From an uncultured Bdellovibrionales bacterium (GTDB lineage: Bacteria; Pseudomonadota; Alphaproteobacteria; Micavibrionales; SZUA-601): DNA of 24,856 bases. The position numbers and the translations under genes are program-made. The stretch is from positions 16,553-41,408 of the forward strand of contig CAYRRF010000001.1 of the NCBI GenBank assembly GCA_964426595.1, read 5' to 3'. Under the pieces are notes generated by a model, which saw only the letters and a list, made by a program, of their open reading frames with translations, had not been told where the DNA came from and made no database searches. The stretch's first letter is position 1. Each line of letters opens with the position of its first letter. Positions 1 to 8,136 of this stretch are shown one piece after another.

Positions 1-592
1 CGCCTTGGATATGTTCCAAACGTTTGGGGAATGTATCGACACCGCGCCATGCTTCCAGATACATTTGCACTTTATCGATATCCTTGACCAGCTGGGCAGG
101 ACGGCTATTACCAAATTCAGCTTCATCCCACAGAGCCAGACGCTCAGGATAATCTTCAAAAATGGCGCGAATGCCCAGTCGTTCCAGATTGTTCTTTTCT
201 TCTTTGGAAATGGTGTCAAACGGAGTGAAATCGCCGACAATAGGTTCTCCAATATCATGATCGTGCGCCATTTGCTGTGAAATGGTCAACTCCTGGCCTG
301 TGACTTTCATGTCATGTTCCAGCATGCTCATCATCTCGTCGGTATGCTGTGCAACCGTTTCGCATTCACCTGACTTGCTACCCGTACGTACCCATCCAGC
401 GCGATCGAGTTTTTCTTGTTCTTTACGTGCATAGTCGGGTCGATCTTTGGGCGCAACGGCGAGTAGAGCATTAAATTTCTCGATGATCTTCTTGTCAGTG
501 AAACGCGCGTCCAAACCGCAGATGAAAGCAAACTCTTCCGGTGGGAAATAATCCTTTAAAGCAGCGCTTGGTACGGAAATAGTAGACGACAC
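1..592 (-). CDS. HD-domain phosphohydrolase, HDDC2/YfbR-like 5'-deoxynucleotidase (3' end runs off the window)
   Basis: Not in the ORF track; translated by hand. The frame is open from GTG at 592 (AAGGG upstream) to base 1: ...QEKLDRAGWVRTG...ETVAQH...MAHDHDIGEPIVGDFTP...EEK...LWDEAEFGNS..AQLVKDIDKVQMYLEA. This has the R-x-GW, H, HD and D motifs of the HD_3 family. The start codon is uncertain. Confidence 0.85.
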   Translation of the reverse strand, partial: MSSTISVPSAALKDYFPPEEFAFICGLDARFTDKKIIEKFNALLAVAPKDRPDYARKEQEKLDRAGWVRTGSKSGECETVAQHTDEMMSMLEHDMKVTGQELTISQQMAHDHDIGEPIVGDFTPFDTISKEEKNNLERLGIRAIFEDYPERLALWDEAEFGNSRPAQLVKDIDKVQMYLEAWRGVDTFPKRLEHIQG

Positions 593-687
593 GATATAGC
601 CCTTGAAAATTATGAACTGACTATAAGGTAATATATACCTATGTGCTAAGTCAAGCTACAAGCGTGTGAAGATTTAATATGCTGTTT

Positions 688-2073
688 TTAAATGTGAATC
701 GCAGATCCGCTCACAGCTAAAGCGGCTTCCTTGACTGTTTCATTCAAGGTGGGATGGGCGTGACAGGTACGGGCTAAATCTTCCGCCGAACCGCCGAATT
801 CCATCAGCACCGCGACTTCGTGAATCAGCGCTCCGGCCTCGGGGCCGACGATATGCGCGCCTAATACCTTGTCGGTTTTGGCGTCAGCGATAATTTTCAC
901 AAAACCTTCGGTGCTGTTCATCGCACGGGCGCGGCCATTCGCCATGAAAGGAAACTTGCCGACTTTAATAGCAACGCCTGCTTTTTTCAGATCATCTTCG
1001 GTTTTGCCGATGCTTGCAGCTTCCGGTGCGGTGTAAACAACACCCGGTACCAGATTGTAATCGATATGGCCTGATTGTCCGGCCAGCATCTCGGCAAGGA
1101 TAACACCTTCTTCTTCGGCTTTGTGTGCCAGCATCGGGCCGGCAATAACATCGCCGATCGCATAAATGCCTTCGACCGAGGATTCAAATGTTTCGTCCAC
1201 AACCACGCGGCCGCGCTCGTCGGTCTTGACGCCGACCTTGTCCAGGCCCAAGCCTTCGGTATAGGCACGGCGGCCAACAGCCACCAATACGACATCGGCA
1301 TTTAGGTTTTCCGCCTTGCCGCCCGCGGCGGGTTCCACGGTCAAGGCCACGCCTTTTTTATCCGTTTTCGCCGAAGTGACTTTGCTGGCCAGCTTAAAGG
1401 TCAGGCCTTGTTTGGTCAGAATTTTTTGCATTTCCTTGGCCACATCGCCATCCATGCCGGGCAAGATACGGTCCAGATATTCAATAACGGTCACGTTTGT
1501 TCCAAGGCGCGACCAGACAGACGCCATCTCCAGGCCGATGACACCGCCGCCGATCACGACCATCGAAGCCGGCAGGGTTGAAAGCTCCAAGGCGCCGGTC
1601 GAAGTGACGATTTGTTTTTCATCGACTTTGACATTGGGGATATCGATGGATGCTGAACCGGTAGCAATCACGATATATTTCGTTTGTAATTCCTGCTTGC
1701 CATCAACAAGCACAACTCCCGGTGCTTTGATCGAACCCGTACCAACAATACGTTCGATCTTGTTTTTCTTCATAAGGAAGTCGATGCCTTTGGTATTGGC
1801 GTCAACGACATCGCTTTTGAATTTCATCATTTGTGGCAAATTCACTTTCGGCGCCGACACAGTAATCCCAAAGGTTTCAAATTCGTGCGCGGCCTTGTGG
1901 AATTCATGGCTGGCCGACAACAGCGCCTTGGAAGGGATGCAACCGACATTTAAACAGGTGCCGCCCAAGGTGGGACGCTTTTCCACCAGGGCCACTTTTT
2001 TACCCAGTTGCGCCGCACGAATAGCGTGCACATAGCCGCCGGGACCGCCGCCGATAACGATGATGTCGTACAT
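688..2073 (-). CDS. lpdA: Dihydrolipoamide dehydrogenase (E3)
   Basis: GGGPGG FAD-binding motif, GGTCLNVGCIPSK redox disulfide, GGGVIGLE NAD-binding motif and C-terminal HAHPTLNE. The SD GGAGGTG lies in the end of sucB. Confidence 0.98.
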   Translation of the reverse strand: MYDIIVIGGGPGGYVHAIRAAQLGKKVALVEKRPTLGGTCLNVGCIPSKALLSASHEFHKAAHEFETFGITVSAPKVNLPQMMKFKSDVVDANTKGIDFLMKKNKIERIVGTGSIKAPGVVLVDGKQELQTKYIVIATGSASIDIPNVKVDEKQIVTSTGALELSTLPASMVVIGGGVIGLEMASVWSRLGTNVTVIEYLDRILPGMDGDVAKEMQKILTKQGLTFKLASKVTSAKTDKKGVALTVEPAAGGKAENLNADVVLVAVGRRAYTEGLGLDKVGVKTDERGRVVVDETFESSVEGIYAIGDVIAGPMLAHKAEEEGVILAEMLAGQSGHIDYNLVPGVVYTAPEAASIGKTEDDLKKAGVAIKVGKFPFMANGRARAMNSTEGFVKIIADAKTDKVLGAHIVGPEAGALIHEVAVLMEFGGSAEDLARTCHAHPTLNETVKEAALAVSGSAIHI

Positions 2074-2075
2074 GA

Positions 2076-3299
2076 TTACACCTCCAACAACAAACGTTGT
2101 GGATCTTCAATGGCATCTTTGATGCGCACCAGGAACGACACGGCTTCGCGGCCATCGATGATGCGGTGATCATAGGACAGAGCGATATACATCATCGGGC
2201 GAATAACGATCTGGCCATTTACGACGACAGGGCGCTCTTTGATGCTGTGCATCCCCAGAATGCCGGACTGTGGCGCATTCAAAATCGGCGTGGACATCAG
2301 TGAGCCGAATACCCCGCCGTTGGTGATGGTAAAGGTACCGCCTTGCATTTCGGCCATGCCGAGCTTGCCTTCGCCGGCGCGTTTGCCTAAATCAACGATG
2401 GTGTTCTCGATATCGGCAAAGGATTTTCCTTCGGCATCGCGCAAGACCGGAACCACCAGACCGTTCGGCGTGCTGACCGCAACGCCGATATCATAGTAGT
2501 TCTTGTAAATGATATCGTCGCCATCGATCTCGGCATTCACCGCCGGGAATTCTTTAAGCGCTTTGACCGCAGCTTTGACAAAGAAGGACATGAAGCCAAG
2601 GCGGGCTTTGTGTTTCTTCTCGAAGGCGTCTTTATATTGATTACGCAACGCCATTACGGCCGACATATCGACCTCGTTAAAGGTTGTCAGCATGGCGGCG
2701 GTGTTTTGGGCTTCTTTCAAACGGCGCGCAATGGTCTGGCGTAGTTTCGTCATGCGGACGCGCTCTTCCCGCGGGCTATCGACGCGCGGCGCACGAGGGG
2801 CGGCAGCAACGGACGCTGGGGCTGCAGTGGGAGCTTTTGCCAGGTAATTTTGTACATCTTCTTTGGTCAAACGGCCGTCTTTGCCACTGGCGGGGATTGA
2901 TGCGGGATTCAAATTGTTATCCGCAATCATCTTGCGTACAGCCGGAGAAAGATCATGCGATGAAGCGGCTGCGGCTATCGGTGCAGCGGGGGTAGGGGCT
3001 GCAACGGGAGTGGCTGCTTTGGGAGCTTCGGCTGTTTTTGCAGGAGCTGCAACAGCGCCTTTGGCACCGGCTTCGATCTCGCCCAAAACAGCGCCGACAG
3101 CCACGGTCGAGCCTTGCTTGGCTGTAATCGTTTTAAGAACACCTGCGGTCGGTGCATTCACTTCCAAGGTAACTTTGTCTGTTTCCAGTTCGCACACGGG
3201 CTGATCCGCTGCAACAGCCGCCCCTTCGGCCACAAGCCATTTTGCAATGGTGGCTTCGGTAACGGATTCGCCGAGGGGAGGGACGGTAATGGTGGCCAT
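2076..3299 (-). CDS. sucB: 2-oxoglutarate dehydrogenase E2 (dihydrolipoyllysine succinyltransferase)
   Basis: Lipoyl domain ([12 protein letters not shown]...[11 protein letters not shown]), E3-binding domain (SPAVRKM...[12 protein letters not shown]) and catalytic [11 protein letters not shown]. Start moved from 3383 to ATG 3299 (MATITVP). Confidence 0.97.
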   Translation of the reverse strand: MATITVPPLGESVTEATIAKWLVAEGAAVAADQPVCELETDKVTLEVNAPTAGVLKTITAKQGSTVAVGAVLGEIEAGAKGAVAAPAKTAEAPKAATPVAAPTPAAPIAAAASSHDLSPAVRKMIADNNLNPASIPASGKDGRLTKEDVQNYLAKAPTAAPASVAAAPRAPRVDSPREERVRMTKLRQTIARRLKEAQNTAAMLTTFNEVDMSAVMALRNQYKDAFEKKHKARLGFMSFFVKAAVKALKEFPAVNAEIDGDDIIYKNYYDIGVAVSTPNGLVVPVLRDAEGKSFADIENTIVDLGKRAGEGKLGMAEMQGGTFTITNGGVFGSLMSTPILNAPQSGILGMHSIKERPVVVNGQIVIRPMMYIALSYDHRIIDGREAVSFLVRIKDAIEDPQRLLLEV

Positions 3300-3340
3300 G
3301 GGAAATGTTCCTATTTTGAGAATATATGATAGACTCTCAA

Positions 3341-3368
3341 ACAATACCCGCTTTCCAAAGGCTTGCAA
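3341..3368 (-). promoter_or_regulatory. Candidate sigma70 promoter for sucB-lpdA
   Basis: The minus strand reads TTGCAA-N16-TATTGT, 42 nt upstream of the sucB ATG. Confidence 0.35.
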
Positions 3369-3404
3369 GAGGGCTGCTGCCACACAAAGTTATGCGAATC
3401 GTGC

Positions 3405-3433
3405 TTGACAATAATCGGAAAATGGGTTATTTT
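3405..3433 (+). promoter_or_regulatory. Sigma70-type promoter of the orphan ORF pair
   Basis: TTGACA (3405-3410)-N17-TATTTT (3428-3433), followed by AGGAG and ATG at 3465. Confidence 0.6.
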
Positions 3434-3464
3434 GTTTCTTAATTTAACAAAAAGGAGTAATAAA

Positions 3465-3851
3465 ATGCCATTTCCATTTGCACAAGAAGTTGTCGTTGAT
3501 GATAGAAAAGAATATTGTTTTGACGAGGTTATTGTTCGCTACACACCCCGTAGTGTAGCACATGTTGGCGTCGATCCCACCAGTATCCATTATATGGATA
3601 AAATTGGTAATGCAGATATGCCGGAGGAATTACTTGAAAAACCTGCAGTGCCAGAAGCGGATCAAACAACTGAAGAATGTGTTGAGCAATCCGAAGGAAA
3701 CTTGACGGAAGGGCACTGGGGAAACCCACTAAGCGGTAGATCGCGAATTCATTCGACGTTGCATTCTTTCCATCAAAATAATGTGCAATATATAGGTGCC
3801 GCATTAGAGAATGATGGCGTACGTAAAAAATCTTTGTCATTCAACTCATAA
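3465..3851 (+). CDS. Hypothetical protein, 128 aa, acidic middle region, no recognised family
   Basis: Strong SD (AAAGGAG) 8 nt before ATG 3465, an upstream promoter, and it fills an otherwise empty interval. Start moved from 3363. Confidence 0.65.
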   Translation: MPFPFAQEVVVDDRKEYCFDEVIVRYTPRSVAHVGVDPTSIHYMDKIGNADMPEELLEKPAVPEADQTTEECVEQSEGNLTEGHWGNPLSGRSRIHSTLHSFHQNNVQYIGAALENDGVRKKSLSFNS

Positions 3852-3863
3852 GGTCAGTAACTG

Positions 3864-4070
3864 ATGAGCGCCGAAGATAAATCATCGTCACATGATGTTT
3901 ATCGTAGAATACACGAAGAGATCTTCGACATGTTTGGTGATTGCTCGAATGAGGGACAGAAAGATTATTATTCGTTGGTTGTCAAGCTGGATTTGACCGA
4001 ATTGGATCTTTTAAAAAACAAACCCATTGCCAAGCCTTCCCGTCGAAAAAGTTCTTTCAATAACGACTAG
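3864..4070 (+). CDS. Hypothetical protein, 68 aa
   Basis: TAAGG overlaps the upstream stop and lies ahead of ATG 3864. Its stop overlaps the gpmI stop (CTAG). No family recognised. Confidence 0.45.
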   Translation: MSAEDKSSSHDVYRRIHEEIFDMFGDCSNEGQKDYYSLVVKLDLTELDLLKNKPIAKPSRRKSSFNND

Positions 4071-5590
4071 GCTTTAATCAAGCTTTTACCGGTCATCGCG
4101 GCGGGTTGAGGTAAATTCAAAAGCTGCAGCATGGTGGGGGCAATATCCCCCAGCACTCCTCCTTCGCGCAAAGCATGCACGGTCTCGCAACCCGCAACAA
4201 TAAACGGTACAGGATTCGTTGTATGTGCGGTGTGCGGTTGACCGGTCTTGGGATCGATCATCTGATCGGCGTTACCATGATCGGCGGTGACCAAGAGAAT
4301 ACCTTCGCGCTCGCTGACAGCAGCGGCAATACGCCCCAGACATTGATCGACGGTTTCCACGGCCCGTACCGCGGCATGCAGATCACCGGTATGGCCGACC
4401 ATATCGGCATTGGCGTAGTTTAAAATCACGACATCCACATCCTCCAGCTTTTTGATAAGTTGATCGGTAAGGGGAATGGCCGACATTTCCGGCTGCATAT
4501 CATAGGTTGCCACGCGTGGCGATGGGACCAGGAGACGTTCTTCATTGGCAAAAACATCTTCGCGCCCGCCGTTAAAGAAAAAAGTGACATGCGGATATTT
4601 CTCGGTTTCGGCGGCGCGTAATTGTTTCAACCCGGCGTTGGCGATGACTTCCCCGAAAAGGTCGGTCAAAGCCTCGGGAGGAAATAAAATCGGTATGTAA
4701 GGATTCAAATCATCCGCATAGCTGACCATGCCAAGGATATTTGCCAGTGGGCGGTAAACGCCGCGGTCAAAGCTGTTAAATTGTGGCAAGACAAGGGCGC
4801 GCAGAATTTGACGCGCGCGATCACTGCGGAAATTGGCCATCAACAGACCATCCCCCAGTTGCAAACCTTCATATCCGGCAAGGACAGTTGGTTTGATGAA
4901 TTCATCCAGCTCGTGACGTACATAGCTTTGTTGGATAGCGCTTAAAGCATTCGCGGATTGCAGGCCTTTGGCATGTACGATGGCCTGCCACGCGGCCTGC
5001 GTCCGGTTCCAGCGTGTATCGCGATCCATGGCATAGTAACGGCCCGAGACGGTGCCGATGCGCACCGACGGGGGCAGCTGTTGTACGAAATCACGAATCT
5101 GCACCAGCGCACTGTTGGGTGGGGTATCGCGGCCGTCGGTAAAAATATGCACGACGACATCCAGGCCGTGCGTATCCAAAATTTTAGCCAGGCTGAGAAT
5201 ATGCTCGCTATGCGCATGTACGCCACCATCGGACACCAATCCCATCAGATGCACAGCACCGCCCGAAATCTGCATTTTTTGAATGAATTTCAAGAGCTCG
5301 GGATTGTGTGCCAGCGTTCCGTCATGGCAGGCTTTAGAAATGCGCGGCAGATCCTGTAACACGACGCGTCCGGCGCCAATATTGGTGTGACCAACTTCGG
5401 AGTTTCCGAATTGTCCCTCCGGCAGTCCGACCGCCAGCCCGTCCGTCCGCAAGGTTGTGTGGGGGAAATACTTCCACAATTTGTCGAAATTGGGGGTCTT
5501 GGCCAAGGCAATGGCATTGTTTTCCGAGACAGGGTTCAAGCCCCAGCCATCCAAAATACACAAGACAAGAGGTTTACGTGGTGTGGTCAT
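4067..5590 (-). CDS. gpmI: 2,3-bisphosphoglycerate-independent phosphoglycerate mutase
   Basis: LCILDGWG, GNSEVGH (phosphoserine), NFRSDRARQ, ETEKYPHVTFFFNGG, DMVGHTG, TADHGN and HTAHTTNPVP motifs. Start set at ATG 5590. Confidence 0.97.
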   Translation of the reverse strand: MTTPRKPLVLCILDGWGLNPVSENNAIALAKTPNFDKLWKYFPHTTLRTDGLAVGLPEGQFGNSEVGHTNIGAGRVVLQDLPRISKACHDGTLAHNPELLKFIQKMQISGGAVHLMGLVSDGGVHAHSEHILSLAKILDTHGLDVVVHIFTDGRDTPPNSALVQIRDFVQQLPPSVRIGTVSGRYYAMDRDTRWNRTQAAWQAIVHAKGLQSANALSAIQQSYVRHELDEFIKPTVLAGYEGLQLGDGLLMANFRSDRARQILRALVLPQFNSFDRGVYRPLANILGMVSYADDLNPYIPILFPPEALTDLFGEVIANAGLKQLRAAETEKYPHVTFFFNGGREDVFANEERLLVPSPRVATYDMQPEMSAIPLTDQLIKKLEDVDVVILNYANADMVGHTGDLHAAVRAVETVDQCLGRIAAAVSEREGILLVTADHGNADQMIDPKTGQPHTAHTTNPVPFIVAGCETVHALREGGVLGDIAPTMLQLLNLPQPAAMTGKSLIKA

Positions 5591-5620
5591 AGACACCACT
5601 CTAGCAGGATTTTTAGAAGA

Positions 5621-6055
5621 TTATAGTACTTCGTTGAGTTTGAAATGGATCGGCAGCTTGTCCGAAATGCCTTGGACACCGACCGCCGAATAGGTCGGGC
5701 CGTCCATGACCGTTTGCTTGGCGGCGGTCATGATCAGGTTTACCATACGCTCGGTAACGTTCTTGGCAGCGACCAGAGCTTTTTGATTGGCTTCGGATGC
5801 TTTCAGATAGCGCTGATGCATGTTGCGAAGTTTGTCTTTCAGTGTTTCGTTTAAAGCATGCAGATGTGGCAGATCCGCTTCAAAAGCCAGTATCGCATCC
5901 TGGTATTGTTGTGCGAGCAGAATTTTCGTGTCTTGGATGGAAGCAAATGTCTGGTAATCAGCAGTTGCAAGGGCTTTGGTCTCGTATTCCAAAAACTGGC
6001 TGAAGTTTTCGACGGCATCAAGCGTATTAGCGACTTTGATTTCAAGCGTTGACAT
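5621..6055 (-). CDS. FlbY/FlgN-like helical flagellar accessory protein
   Basis: About 144 aa, predicted helical, third gene of the flgI-flgJ operon, with C-terminal PTYSAVG. Alphaproteobacteria carry a FlgN-like/FlbY gene at this position. The start is uncertain (6055 or 6085). Confidence 0.6.
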   Translation of the reverse strand: MSTLEIKVANTLDAVENFSQFLEYETKALATADYQTFASIQDTKILLAQQYQDAILAFEADLPHLHALNETLKDKLRNMHQRYLKASEANQKALVAAKNVTERMVNLIMTAAKQTVMDGPTYSAVGVQGISDKLPIHFKLNEVL

Positions 6056-6389
6056 GGGGAGCAGCTCCGGCGTGGGGATTGTCATGAAGTTCTTGGACGC
6101 GCAGCATTTCGCGGGTGAGGACTTTGGACAGGCCGGTTTGGCCCGAGGAAGCAATTTTTTGACCGTACTGTTCGATCATCAGGGAGCGGAAAATCTCTTC
6201 GCCGCGGCCGCCGCCAAAAGGTCCATCGGTTTCGATACCTTCGTACATATGGCCCAGCATTTCCGTCATAAACAGCGCCTCGAATTTTTTGGCAGCCTCA
6301 GCAAAGGGTTTCATGGGATCGCGTGCGTGCGCTTTGCCGGGTCCGCTGGCGAGTGCAAGAGGCGATACGGGTGAGGCCACAGACGTCAT
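6042..6389 (-). CDS. flgJ: Short FlgJ, rod-binding domain only (no muramidase domain)
   Basis: AAKKFEALFMTEML..MYEG...DGPFGGGRGEEIFRSLMIEQYG..IA..G..GL is the Rod-binding motif. The gene begins 2 nt after flgI. Confidence 0.88.
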   Translation of the reverse strand: MTSVASPVSPLALASGPGKAHARDPMKPFAEAAKKFEALFMTEMLGHMYEGIETDGPFGGGRGEEIFRSLMIEQYGQKIASSGQTGLSKVLTREMLRVQELHDNPHAGAAPHVNA

Positions 6390-6391
6390 GA

Positions 6392-7546
6392 TTAGATCAC
6401 CTGAATATCGGCTTGCAGGGCGCCGGCGGCTTTGATGGATTGCAGGATGGTTATCACATCGCGCGGTGTGACACCCAACGCATTCAGGCTGGCAACCAAT
6501 TCTTGCACACTGATACCCGACGGCATAACGGTAATCTTGTTGCCTTCGCCGGAGTTAACATCCACATTCGTGCGGGGAACGGTTGTTGTTGTGCCGCCCG
6601 ACGAGAAAGGCTGGGGCTGGGATACTTGTGGTGTTTCCGTGATTCGAATGGTCAGATTGCCTTGGGCGATCGCCACTTCCGAGATGCGGACGTCTTTACC
6701 CATGACGATCGTGCCGGATTTTTCATCGACGACGATTTTCGCCATCGAGTCCGGTACGACCTGGAGCTGTTCGATATCGGCCAGCAGGTCAAACATCTTG
6801 CCTTTGTAATCGGTCGGAACCGTCAAATGTACGGTATTGGGGTCGGTCGCCACAGCGCTGCTGACTTTAAGCGAGCGGTTGATCGTATCAGCGATACGAC
6901 GTGCTGTTGTGAAATCCGGGTTACGCAGACTGAGGCGTACTTTGTGCATGTCGTTTAATTTGAAATCCATCTCACGTTCAATGATCGCGCCATTCACGAT
7001 ACGACCGACGGTTGGAATGTTTTGTGTAACAGAAGAGCCCTGGCCGCCGGCCTGGAAAGCGTTCGTCGTGACGGCGCCTTGAGACACGGCATAGACTTCG
7101 CCATCTGCCCCTAAAAGCGGGGTCACGACCAATGTACCGCCGCGCAGGTCTTTGGCATCACCCAAGGTGGAAATGGTGACATCCAAACGGGCACCTTGTG
7201 CGGAAAACGGGGGCAATGTGGCTGTGACCATGACAGCTGCGACGTTACCGGTTTTAAAATTCTGATCCCGGATGCTGACGCCCAGACGTTCCAACATCCC
7301 GATGATACTTTGCTGGGTGAAAGGAGAATTGCTGATACTGTCCCCGGTGCCGTTCAGACCGACGACCAAGCCGTAACCTACCAACAGGTTATCGCGTACG
7401 CCTTCGATTTGGACGATGTCCTTGATACGGCTGGTGGCGGCATGTGCACCTAACGTGCTGATGGCCAACAACATAGCGGCAATGATTCCGAACCGAGTCA
7501 TATCGTTCAGAGTACGGCGGAGCGCTTTACGGTTTCTGGTAAGCAT
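6392..7546 (-). CDS. flgI: Flagellar P-ring protein
   Basis: Signal peptide, then RIKDI..IEGVRDNLLVGYGLVVGLNGTGD and C-terminal AGALQADIQVI. Start set at ATG 7546 (GAGG SD) because 7582 lies upstream of the predicted sigma54 start site. Confidence 0.97.
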   Translation of the reverse strand: MLTRNRKALRRTLNDMTRFGIIAAMLLAISTLGAHAATSRIKDIVQIEGVRDNLLVGYGLVVGLNGTGDSISNSPFTQQSIIGMLERLGVSIRDQNFKTGNVAAVMVTATLPPFSAQGARLDVTISTLGDAKDLRGGTLVVTPLLGADGEVYAVSQGAVTTNAFQAGGQGSSVTQNIPTVGRIVNGAIIEREMDFKLNDMHKVRLSLRNPDFTTARRIADTINRSLKVSSAVATDPNTVHLTVPTDYKGKMFDLLADIEQLQVVPDSMAKIVVDEKSGTIVMGKDVRISEVAIAQGNLTIRITETPQVSQPQPFSSGGTTTTVPRTNVDVNSGEGNKITVMPSGISVQELVASLNALGVTPRDVITILQSIKAAGALQADIQVI

Positions 7547-7585
7547 GATTGGGACCTCGTAAGTAGACGTTTCACCCCTCATGTA

Positions 7586-7601
7586 TGCACAAAACGTGCC
7601 A
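7586..7601 (-). promoter_or_regulatory. Sigma54 (-24/-12) promoter of flgI-flgJ-flbY
   Basis: The minus strand reads TGGCACGTTTTGTGCA, with GG-N10-GC spacing. Confidence 0.8.
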
Positions 7602-7611
7602 ATTCCAGAGG

Positions 7612-7637
7612 CGGCAAACCCTAGGCAAAACTTGCCG
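7612..7637. promoter_or_regulatory. ftr-like dyad (candidate FlbD site) between flgI and fliX
   Basis: Perfect inverted repeat GGCAA-AAC-TTGCC (7624-7636), plus a second half-site CGGCAAA (7612-7618), upstream of a sigma54 promoter. Confidence 0.5.
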
Positions 7638-7675
7638 ATTGCTTAACAGGGCCGAAATCCGTTAATCTGGCTTTT

Positions 7676-8098
7676 ATGAAGATAGAAGGACCCGGTAAAA
7701 CCAGTGCCACAGGCAAGACGGACAAGACCAAAAAGGCGGATTCCGTTGGGGGTAGCTCGTTTGCCGAGTTATTGACCGGGGCAGGGGATGTCGAGGCCAG
7801 CACGGCTCCGACGAATGTCGCCGGGGTCAGTATGTATGTCGCCCTGCAGGCAGCCGAGCATGCCACCGAACACGAGAATCGCCGCCGGGCCATTATCCAT
7901 GCCGGGGACCTGCTGGACGATCTGGAAGATCTGCGGATCGGGTTGTTGCTAGGTAGTTATACGAAAAATCAGCTGCACCAGCTGGCCGGGCGGGTGCGTC
8001 AGCAGCGGCTGGTGGTAAGCGATCCCAAGATTATGGCCCTCTTGGACGATATTGCATTGCGGGCGGCGGTAGAGCTAGCCAAATACGAGACCCTGTGA
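7676..8098 (+). CDS. fliX: Flagellar assembly regulator FliX
   Basis: MKIEGP start, RRRAI..AGDLLDDLEDLRIGLL.G and C-terminal LRAAVELAK. Divergent from flgI, as in Caulobacter. Confidence 0.93.
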   Translation: MKIEGPGKTSATGKTDKTKKADSVGGSSFAELLTGAGDVEASTAPTNVAGVSMYVALQAAEHATEHENRRRAIIHAGDLLDDLEDLRIGLLLGSYTKNQLHQLAGRVRQQRLVVSDPKIMALLDDIALRAAVELAKYETL

Positions 8099-8136
8099 TA
8101 CATTCCCCCGATATATGATTTTTGAGGAGATGTCCC

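Noticed and set aside
5-531. Track ORFs 5..280 (+) and 331..531 (-)
   Set aside because: They are shadows of the HD-domain gene in another minus frame.
626-640. AGGTA-N5-TACCT palindrome after lpdA
   Set aside because: A short AT-rich stem without a proper U-tract; it could be chance.
2026-2034. His in LpdA GGYVHAIR, where Ala or Cys is usual
   Set aside because: It is a single substitution and all catalytic motifs are intact; this is too little to claim altered function.
6042-6389. Short FlgJ as a truncated pseudogene
   Set aside because: Rod-binding-only FlgJ is the normal alphaproteobacterial form.
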